Source: Acidimicrobiia bacterium
GTDB taxonomy: Bacteria > Actinomycetota > Acidimicrobiia > IMCC26256 > PALSA-555
Assembly (NCBI GenBank): GCA_017853455.1
Contig: JAFMJM010000368.1
Coordinates: 1-29,639 of the forward strand
Direction of reading: 5' to 3'
Length of the DNA stretch: 29,639 bases
Numbering within the stretch: position 1 is the stretch's first letter; each line of letters starts with the position of its first letter. Under the pieces are notes generated by a model. The model was not told the DNA's origin. It ran no database searches and saw only the letters and a program-made list of their open reading frames with translations. Position numbers and translations under genes: made by a program. This document shows positions 1 through 6,845 of the stretch, piece after piece.

Positions 1-1385
1 TTGGTCTTGCTGGACTCAATCATCGACTGGCTCATGGAGCAGGTGCCCGTTCCGGCCATTTCAATGATGTAAGTGCCTTGTCCGCTGAACGAAGAGCCGC
101 GAACAATGGCCACCGTCGAGCCGTTGGACATTTTGATAACGCGCGCGGCAGGGTCAAGACCGCTGCGCTCACGAGAGAACTCGGTATTGATGGCCGAGTA
201 CAGAACGCCTTGGGTCAGATCGAGAGCGTGACCTGCGCCGAGCGCTGAGTTCTGAATAACGCAGTCATCAAGGTAGATGCGGGACAGCGTTCCCCAGGTG
301 TTGCCCGAGGTGTTGTTCATGCAGACGGCGCTGTAGCCGGAAGAGTACTGGTACACCTGGCAGTTTTTGAGGTGCAGAATCGTCCGCTGAGAACCCAAGA
401 AGTCAACGGTGTTGAACGCGCCGGACTCGTTGGTAAGGAGACAGTTGCTGATCGAGGAGATGTTCTGAAAGATACCGCCAGCTTCTGCCGTAGCAACTTC
501 GAACTTGATGTTGCCTTTGAGAATGACCGCCTGGATGTTCTTCCGGGGGCTCTGAAGACCGACGATATGGGTGTTCGTGCGGGAGATGGTCAAAGACTGC
601 GTGTACACACCGGGGTGCACGTAGATCACGCAATCAGGAATATCGCCAGCTCCGCCCGCCGGGAGCGAATCCAGAGCAGCTTGCACGCTGGCGAAAGGAG
701 CGGCCATCGAGCCGTTGCCCGTGCTATCCGAACCGTTCTTCGCAACATAGCGGGAGTTGGAAGGAAGGAACTGGATAGCGCCCTTAACCGAAGAAACGGA
801 AGGAGCTTGGTCGAGCTGGCTTCCGGCCATGCTGTCCACGACAGCGGCCGACTTAGCACGCGCGTCCGTGAAGTAGAGGTGGCTGGCTTCGTCGACGTCG
901 TCGGTGGTCAGCGCATCGACGGTGTTGGACAGCGAAGTGATCTGCCCTTGCAGACCTGCATCGGCCAGCGCCGTGCTGCCCGACAAGGCGGTGATCTGTC
1001 CTTGAAGGGCCGCCTCGGCCGCCTCAGCGCGCCCCTGCTCCGCAGCCTGCGCATTGGAGATGTTGGTCGCAACCGTAGTGGCAAAGTTCGGGTCCTGCCC
1101 AAGCGCATCGGCGAGCTCTTTGAGCGTATCGAGCACTGCCGGAGCACTGTTCACAAGCTGCGCGATCTGCGCGTCGGTGTAGTCTTTGGCGTCCACCAAC
1201 GCGCTGGCCACATCGGCAGCCTTTGCGCCAGGAGCCCAGCTCGTTCCATTGAACGTAAAGAGCTGACCCTCGCCAACGACAACAACGTCGCCAACTTGCG
1301 GGCCCGAAATCGAGGCGAGGTCCGCTTCCGTCGCGAATACTGCGAGGCTCAGACCGCTCTTAATCTTGAAAAATGAATTGGCCAT
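1..1385 (-). CDS. Tail fibre/tailspike-like protein, 3'-truncated by the window (>461 aa); fibre N-terminus followed by a probable parallel beta-helix domain
   Basis: Translated by hand; not in the ORF track because there is no stop before base 1. ATG at 1385 with AAGGAAG RBS; starts MANSFFKIKSGLSL. Contains the fibre motif APAVLDTLKELADALGQDPNFATTV, the LTTDDVDEASHLYFTDARA repeat, and YVAKNGSDSTGNGSMAAPFASVQAAL...IYVHPGVY, typical of the start of pectate-lyase-like beta-helices. Confidence 0.85.
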   Translation of the reverse strand, partial: MANSFFKIKSGLSLAVFATEADLASISGPQVGDVVVVGEGQLFTFNGTSWAPGAKAADVASALVDAKDYTDAQIAQLVNSAPAVLDTLKELADALGQDPNFATTVATNISNAQAAEQGRAEAAEAALQGQITALSGSTALADAGLQGQITSLSNTVDALTTDDVDEASHLYFTDARAKSAAVVDSMAGSQLDQAPSVSSVKGAIQFLPSNSRYVAKNGSDSTGNGSMAAPFASVQAALDSLPAGGAGDIPDCVIYVHPGVYTQSLTISRTNTHIVGLQSPRKNIQAVILKGNIKFEVATAEAGGIFQNISSISNCLLTNESGAFNTVDFLGSQRTILHLKNCQVYQYSSGYSAVCMNNTSGNTWGTLSRIYLDDCVIQNSALGAGHALDLTQGVLYSAINTEFSRERSGLDPAARVIKMSNGSTVAIVRGSSFSGQGTYIIEMAGTGTCSMSQSMIESSKT

Positions 1386-1412
1386 CTCGGTCTTCCTTTC
1401 ATGCACACGGCA

Positions 1413-1446
1413 CAACAAAGAAACCCACCGGAAGTACCGAGTGGGT
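1413..1446 (-). terminator. Intrinsic-terminator-like hairpin in the leader of the tailspike gene
   Basis: Minus strand ACCCACTCGG-TACTT-CCGGTGGGT (9 bp with one bulge) followed by TTCTTTGTTG, about 30 nt upstream of the ATG at 1385. Confidence 0.4.
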
Positions 1447-1676
1447 GTACTGCGTGGGAGTTGGCTGGACTCGGAGGAAAATATTTCCCATCTGAGTGGA
1501 CGCTCTTCTGATTGTCGAACTACGGCACGACGAGAGCAATATGGTGCAACCAAGATTTATGCAGACTTCATGCACACACGCACGCGCACAAGAACAGTAG
1601 ATTCCTGTAGGATACACTCATCTCCGTAAATACACGTAGAGCGGACTACTGAACACACGCACGTCAAAATGCCGCA

Positions 1677-3746
1677 CTAAACCGTCAGTGCACTGAACTT
1701 GTACTTCACTGTTTTGTTCTGACCGAGAGCGTCGGCATACGTCAGCGCACCTGCGCTATTGATAGCGAAGTCCACCCCGGTATTGTCTCCTGCCGAGGTC
1801 ACACTAAGCATCCAGTCAGTGCCGTTGTTGGCAGCAATCAAAGAAAACGTTTCGGCTTTGTTAGGAGCACCGCTGACAAAGACCGACACTTGTCCGATAA
1901 AACTACGGAAGGTTGCGGGCGCAAACGTTGCCAAAGTGCCGGCCATAAGGCTCGACGTCAGGCCGCCTTCGCCGGCATGAAGCGCGTCGATTTGCGCCTG
2001 CAAGTCCGCTTCAGCGCCTTCGGCGCGAGTCTGTTCGGCCGCAAGACCTTCTTTGACTGCTCGGACCGACGGAGCTTGATCGGTTTGACTTCCCGCCAAG
2101 CTATCAACGACTGCTGCGCCTTTCGCGCGAGCATCGGTAAAGTAGAGCTGGCTGCCTTCCGCAACGTCGTCCGTTGTTAGGCTGTTAACTTGTGCCTGAA
2201 GAGCCTGAAACTGTTCTTCAGTGATACCGCTGATGGGCCCCGCCACCATGCCCGAGAGAACAAAGTAGACGATGTGATCGCCTGCATTGATTGTCGCGTA
2301 CGGTGTAATCGTCGTTGCGTTGGTTTCTTCGTAGTCATTCCCGTCCAGAATCGCGCCGGGATTCTTGAGAAGGCCGCGCCAAAAAACCCAGAGATTATTT
2401 CCGTTGTTCTGAGCGTCCTGCACATAGGCGAGGCCGCCAGGCAACGTATGCGGCGTGTGCGCTTCAATCGGAGCGGTCACGCGCTCAATGACACGGATAA
2501 GCCCGGCAAGCGTGAACGCTTGGGTGAGGCTTTGCAGCGAATTAGAAAGCGCTTGGAGAGAGCCGGCGACAGATTGGCCGCTGCTCAGGTAAGACCCGGC
2601 GTAGCTTTGATCGCCAATCTGCGCATTCAGGATGTTGAGGGCTTCGACCACCGTCGGGGCCACGCGCAAGCCGCTGAATGCGAAGTTCGGGCCCGTGTTG
2701 GTAAGAAGCCCTTCGAGGCTGGTCGCCTTATCTTCGGAACCAAGCACCGACTGTAGGTCGTTGATGTCTTGCCGAAGATCGCCCGACTCCGTAACGCCAA
2801 GCGTGCGCACCGTACGGAACGCCGAGTCGTCCAACTGGTCGAGGCGCGAGTAGAACCCGTAAAAGAGGTCAATCGTCGCGGGTTGAGTTGCTTCCCAAAC
2901 GTACGGCGTGCTCTGCGAAACCAGGTCTCCGCCGAGGGGAACGGAGAAGAAGCGGACCTCTACCGCATCCGGGCTGCTGGCTGCGCCGGCGTAAGTAAGA
3001 CCGTAGATTTTCTCGCCCTTGCGAGGGCCGAGCTGAACAACAAAGGATGTTCCGTCTTCGCTGTTCTGAACTTCGACGTAACAAGCAACCGGGTCGTTGG
3101 CGTAGAGCCCGAGGTCAAAACACGGAATGCCCGTCTTATCGGTGGCGTCGGAATGTTTTAGATTTCCCGCACTCGATAAAACAACCTGCGTGCTTGTGGC
3201 CGTAACCGACTGGCCTCGAAACGCGCGAGTGACGATAAACCCGCGGGCGTCCGTTGTTTTTCCAGCAATGTTGGCAAGACTTGCCGCAACGTCGGTTCCC
3301 AGGTCCGTAGGCCGCTGGTACGTCGGCACTGGAGCGTCGTACGGCACGCCCTTGATGGCTTGCCGATCTGTCCGCGTAAAGTCCAGATCGTCCTGGAGCG
3401 AGTAGGGAAGCCGCTCTTCCAGCGTAAGAACGCTGCCCTCAAGCACGCCAGCATTCCGGATGGACACTGCCGATCCAGAAACATCCGTAATGAAGAAGAT
3501 CCCGTTGTTCTGCGTATTTCCAGCGCCGGACACCCAAACGAAATTCCCGGCAGTAAACCCAGTGCTCGACGTGTTCAAAACAACCGTGTCACCACTGGCG
3601 CTTGCCATTGTGGCGGTTGCCGATACCCCAGTCAGAGCTCCTAAACTTGACGATTCATCCGACAGTACGCGCTGTGCGGATTGCACAGGAGAGCCAGCGA
3701 TGTCCAAAAGGGGGCGGAGCTTGTTGGGCAGGTAGCTTTGGGACAC
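1677..3746 (-). CDS. Modular tail fibre/virion structural protein (~689 aa)
   Basis: Track ORF 1677..3803. Start moved to GTG at 3746 because GGAGG lies 6 nt upstream (MSQSYLPNKLRPLL). Shares the LTTDDVAEGSQLYFTDARA...DQAPSV and AEQTRAEGAEADLQAQIDAL modules with the 1..1385 protein, and has an LWVFWRG...GNDYEET fibre-type module. Confidence 0.75.
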   Translation of the reverse strand: MSQSYLPNKLRPLLDIAGSPVQSAQRVLSDESSSLGALTGVSATATMASASGDTVVLNTSSTGFTAGNFVWVSGAGNTQNNGIFFITDVSGSAVSIRNAGVLEGSVLTLEERLPYSLQDDLDFTRTDRQAIKGVPYDAPVPTYQRPTDLGTDVAASLANIAGKTTDARGFIVTRAFRGQSVTATSTQVVLSSAGNLKHSDATDKTGIPCFDLGLYANDPVACYVEVQNSEDGTSFVVQLGPRKGEKIYGLTYAGAASSPDAVEVRFFSVPLGGDLVSQSTPYVWEATQPATIDLFYGFYSRLDQLDDSAFRTVRTLGVTESGDLRQDINDLQSVLGSEDKATSLEGLLTNTGPNFAFSGLRVAPTVVEALNILNAQIGDQSYAGSYLSSGQSVAGSLQALSNSLQSLTQAFTLAGLIRVIERVTAPIEAHTPHTLPGGLAYVQDAQNNGNNLWVFWRGLLKNPGAILDGNDYEETNATTITPYATINAGDHIVYFVLSGMVAGPISGITEEQFQALQAQVNSLTTDDVAEGSQLYFTDARAKGAAVVDSLAGSQTDQAPSVRAVKEGLAAEQTRAEGAEADLQAQIDALHAGEGGLTSSLMAGTLATFAPATFRSFIGQVSVFVSGAPNKAETFSLIAANNGTDWMLSVTSAGDNTGVDFAINSAGALTYADALGQNKTVKYKFSALTV

Positions 3747-3873
3747 AGAAACCCTCCATGCACGGTTGGACAGCGGTACTTCTCGAGCACAGCGCAGCAA
3801 CAACGGAGGATGACGAGAGAGCCAAAACTGCCCGATACTTCAGCAGCTTTTCCTGCAGGACCTCACGCAACCT

Positions 3874-4272
3874 TTAGACAGCGACGAAATTGGAGATGAG
3901 ATACGTCGAGGGCGTAGGTGCGGGCACTAAGAAGTAAATGGCATCGAAACCCGTACCCATCCCACCGCTCTCCAGGACGTAGTATTCGCCGTCGAGCACG
4001 TTTGGGGAAGAGGCTTGTGCAAGGCGCCGACCGTTCTGAAACACTTCGATCGTGCGGCCCGTCACCGACGGGTCGTGCACAAACTTCATCGGGGTCTTGA
4101 ACAGGCGATTCACACCGTCGCACACACCTACGAGGCCCACGCCTTTTCTCTCATACGAAACGACACCCGTACCACCCCCGCCGCCGCCTCCACCCCCACC
4201 GCCGTCTCCCGACGGCACGTAGACGGCATCCAGCATTCCTGTAAACGGATTGAAAACATACGTAACAGCCAT
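3874..4272 (-). CDS. Small virion-associated hypothetical protein (132 aa) with an 11-Gly linker
   Basis: FNPFTGMLD N-terminus, poly-Gly written with mixed codons, and an IEVFQNGRR...DGEY module. Adjacent to the next gene (1-nt gap) in the structural block. Confidence 0.7.
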   Translation of the reverse strand: MAVTYVFNPFTGMLDAVYVPSGDGGGGGGGGGGGTGVVSYERKGVGLVGVCDGVNRLFKTPMKFVHDPSVTGRTIEVFQNGRRLAQASSPNVLDGEYYVLESGGMGTGFDAIYFLVPAPTPSTYLISNFVAV

Positions 4273-4273
4273 C

Positions 4274-4540
4274 TCAGGTCCTCGTGACCGATACTAGCTG
4301 ATCGCCCGTATAGCTGAGAGTGAGTGTAGCGACCAAGGTGCCACCTGTGCCTCCTTGGTAGTACTTCGCGGTCGCCACGTGCCCCGCAGGGGTATACGTC
4401 AAGGCGATGGCATCAAAGGCCACAGGAATAAGACTGGCCATGTTGCGTACGGGCCACGGTGTCGATCCCGGCTGCCCCTGATCAGCCCGTACCGAGTCCG
4501 TCGCTGCGCTTAACGTTCTGCCGATTGTAATCGTAGCCAT
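4274..4540 (-). CDS. Small virion-associated hypothetical protein (88 aa)
   Basis: Beta-rich, Thr/Gly-rich sequence (YYQGGTGGTLVATLTLSYTGDQLVSVTRT) resembling phage structural ORFs; GGAGG/GAGG upstream of the ATG at 4540. Confidence 0.7.
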   Translation of the reverse strand: MATITIGRTLSAATDSVRADQGQPGSTPWPVRNMASLIPVAFDAIALTYTPAGHVATAKYYQGGTGGTLVATLTLSYTGDQLVSVTRT

Positions 4541-4572
4541 GTGCCGCCCTCGGCCTCCTGCTTAGCCGCCGC

Positions 4573-4602
4573 AAAAAACAAAGCGCTCATAGCCCGAAGC
4601 GC
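4573..4602 (-). terminator. Weak terminator-like hairpin
   Basis: Minus strand GCGCT...AGCGC 5-bp stem followed by TTTGTTTTTT, in the spacer after the 4613..5086 stop. Confidence 0.3.
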
Positions 4603-4612
4603 AGTCACGACA

Positions 4613-5086
4613 CTACTTCGTCGCGTTGACCAGGGCTGCAGCGCTGAATGCAATAGCTACAGCGGAAACAACCCCCATCACAACCCCGAACTCCGCGGTT
4701 CGATACCAGACGGGGCCATCATTGAGCTGCTGCTGAAGCGTGTCGAGTCGCTGCTGCATATCCGCGGTTGTCCGCGCATACGCTTCTCGCTCCAACTCGA
4801 GTTGCGCCTTTAATCCATCAAATGCCGCCGCGTCGTACTTCTTCTGATACTCCACGTCCGCTTGCAGCCGAAACGAGTACTGCTGCAAGTAGTTCGCCCA
4901 ACGAAGAGCCGTAGATTGATCGAAAAGTTGTCCCGGAAACGGCGCGCTCTCTCCTTTCTTCAAAGCAACGATTACGTCCTCTCCCGGAGGTACTGCCGTA
5001 ACGGGCTCCGGGCCTTCGGCCCGCGCCGCGCGCGGCGACACCAAAAGAAACAAAAGGACGATCAAAAAGTGCCTTGAGTGCTTCAC
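4613..5086 (-). CDS. Exported coiled-coil protein with a C-terminal transmembrane helix (157 aa); spanin-like candidate
   Basis: Sec-type signal peptide (MKHSRHFLIVLLFLLVSPRAARA|EG), heptad-like middle (LKAQLELEREAYARTTADMQQRLDTLQQQL) and hydrophobic tail (FGVVMGVVSAVAIAFSAAALV). No lipobox Cys. The CDS is well supported; the function is inferred. Confidence 0.6.
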   Translation of the reverse strand: MKHSRHFLIVLLFLLVSPRAARAEGPEPVTAVPPGEDVIVALKKGESAPFPGQLFDQSTALRWANYLQQYSFRLQADVEYQKKYDAAAFDGLKAQLELEREAYARTTADMQQRLDTLQQQLNDGPVWYRTAEFGVVMGVVSAVAIAFSAAALVNATK

Positions 5087-5166
5087 AACACCACCACATC
5101 AATAAAGCCAAAACCTCAGAAGTAGGCGGATACTACCCTGGGCTCAAAATGGCGAAAAGAACGGAT

Positions 5167-6018
5167 TTATTCTTTCTGCATCCACGGCTGCGGAAAGAGA
5201 TTTGGCCAGCGACGAACACAAACCTGTCGCCAAGCCTGGGCAAATCGTTGAATTTCTAAATCCGCTGTCTCAGCTTCGCGCTCCCGCACAAACTTCGCAA
5301 TCGCCGCAGGATTCGTCGTCCAAATAAACGAGGTCTCTGCCTGATGCGGGAGCAAGCTCGCCGCCGCTTCATAAATACGCTTTCGCGCAAGACCCTTCGG
5401 CTCCATGCCGTGAGTACTTATGAACTGCTGGATGTCCTGCTCGACCGCCGTGCAATAGAACGTGTACGCCGTCTGCATCGCCTCTTGAAAAAGGGTCTGC
5501 ATTTCGGGGCGCTCTTCGGAATACCGAGGAGGCTCTACAAAGAAGCCGTAGTGATGCGTGAAGCGCGTCGACTCCTGAGAAGGGCTGCCCTCCTCGTTCC
5601 GGTCCGAGCCCACGTAGTTCCGAATAATCTCGTGGCTGACCCGACGAGAAATGCCGGCAAAGAAGAACGTCATCTTGGCGTGGTAAAGCACGCTGGCGTG
5701 GGGGGTCTCGCCCTCCTGCGTATGCGCGATGTACTCGCGATTGCCGCGACGCCCGGCTTTCTGCCCAAAACTGTCATAACATTTTCGGCCCGCCAACTCG
5801 ACGAGAAGCTCGTTGGCCGTGAGGTCTCGATTTGTGACCTCATCAATTCCTCCATGAGGAAAGAGCGCCATCCATTCGCAGCCTTCGGTTGGAAGACACT
5901 CCGGGCGATGGTCTTTCACCCAGTACATCATGTCTTCCACGCCGAGCGTGGATAGTTGCATCTCCGCAATCGGAAAGATGACGGGGCCGTTACGGAGAAT
6001 TTTAACTTCAGACGCCAT
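5167..6018 (-). CDS. thyX: Flavin-dependent thymidylate synthase family protein (ThyX/Thy1), divergent active site
   Basis: Colinear with mycobacterial-type ThyX as I recall it: LVELAGRKCYDSF, PHASVLYH, GISRRVSHEIIR, SQESTR, LLPHQAET, ADLEIQRFA. GGAG RBS upstream. Confidence 0.88.
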   Translation of the reverse strand: MASEVKILRNGPVIFPIAEMQLSTLGVEDMMYWVKDHRPECLPTEGCEWMALFPHGGIDEVTNRDLTANELLVELAGRKCYDSFGQKAGRRGNREYIAHTQEGETPHASVLYHAKMTFFFAGISRRVSHEIIRNYVGSDRNEEGSPSQESTRFTHHYGFFVEPPRYSEERPEMQTLFQEAMQTAYTFYCTAVEQDIQQFISTHGMEPKGLARKRIYEAAASLLPHQAETSFIWTTNPAAIAKFVREREAETADLEIQRFAQAWRQVCVRRWPNLFPQPWMQKE

Positions 6019-6073
6019 GTGCTGCTCCCTGTCGAATCATTGCAAGGCAGCAAAGCACACTCTATGGCGGAGC

Positions 6074-6388
6074 TCAGATACCCTTCAGCTCTTTGCCTAC
6101 TTTTTTTAGATATTCATTGGCGGCGTCAACATCGCCGGCCAAGTCTTTTTCTGTTTTTACTTCTGCCTCCAAAAGCGCTGATAAGTCTTTATCGCGCTGT
6201 TCTTTGGCCTCTTGTTGCTTTTCCGTAGGACCGCTGGACGGCCCTGGCGGTGGAGAAGGCGGAAGCGGCGGATCGTTCTTTCCAGAAAACCGTCCGCTCT
6301 TTTTAAAGAAGAACTCTCCAACCAAGTGAAACAAGCTCGCCAAACTAGCGAACACCCACTGCGGAAGTCTGAGAAAAAGCTCTTTCAT
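6074..6388 (-). CDS. Small membrane-anchored protein (104 aa): N-terminal hydrophobic segment, Pro-rich linker, charged helix; i-spanin-like candidate
   Basis: Overlaps the holin-like stop by 4 nt. Sequence WVFASLASLFHLVGEFFF, then DPPLPPSPPPGP, then a coiled-coil-like EKQQEAKEQRDKDLSALLEAE. Confidence 0.55.
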   Translation of the reverse strand: MKELFLRLPQWVFASLASLFHLVGEFFFKKSGRFSGKNDPPLPPSPPPGPSSGPTEKQQEAKEQRDKDLSALLEAEVKTEKDLAGDVDAANEYLKKVGKELKGI

Positions 6389-6834
6389 TTTAGATTCCTG
6401 GGTACAGGATTTGGCGGTACAACCACGGGCACAAGCTCATCACCTGCAGGCGGAGGAGAGGGGGGCAAAGAATCATCTGGAAACGGGATGTTCCACTTCT
6501 GCTTGAGAACGCCTTTTATGACACGGTAACCCCAAGCCGCAAACCAGCCCGTGCCAAGTCCATAAAGCGCGCGAGAGACCCACGTGGCTTTCACAACTTC
6601 GGGATACGCAAAAAGGGTCGGTGGGCAGGACAGACAGAACACCAAGCCCAGAAGCGCCGGCAGTGTTGGAAGTACAAACTCGTCCCAAACCCGCTCGGCC
6701 CGCGTGAGCGGTGTCTTATCCGACAGGGTCGGCCAGATCGCCTCGCAAAGACGCCGAATCGCGAATGACGTGACGTAAAGCCCAAGGAGTAAAAACGCCG
6801 TGGGCCAAGTAAGGATATCGTCCAGCGTCGGCAT
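6385..6834 (-). CDS. Holin-like multi-pass membrane protein (149 aa)
   Basis: Three hydrophobic segments (AFLLLGLYVTSFAI; FVLPTLPALLGLVFCLSC; ALYGLGTGWFAAWGY) and a hydrophilic Pro-rich C-tail. AAGGAG RBS; directly downstream of the tail fibres. Confidence 0.6.
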   Translation of the reverse strand: MPTLDDILTWPTAFLLLGLYVTSFAIRRLCEAIWPTLSDKTPLTRAERVWDEFVLPTLPALLGLVFCLSCPPTLFAYPEVVKATWVSRALYGLGTGWFAAWGYRVIKGVLKQKWNIPFPDDSLPPSPPPAGDELVPVVVPPNPVPRNLK

Positions 6835-6845
6835 CGCGTAGCTCC

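Noticed and set aside
3655-3870. 71-aa ORF (MREVLQEKLL...) and the longer TTG start at 3803
   Set aside because: The ORF overlaps the RBS and start of 1677..3746 and has no convincing RBS. The GTG at 3746 has a well-placed GGAGG.
4168-4210. G-rich tract as a phase-variable simple sequence repeat
   Set aside because: The 11 Gly codons are mixed (GGC/GGT/GGG/GGA), which indicates selection for a protein linker rather than slippage. The same holds for the poly-Pro tract near 17760-17783.
6101-6110. A AAA AAA slippery heptamer near the end of 6074..6388
   Set aside because: The -1 frame is not the thyX frame and the +1 frame stops immediately, so no meaningful fusion results.
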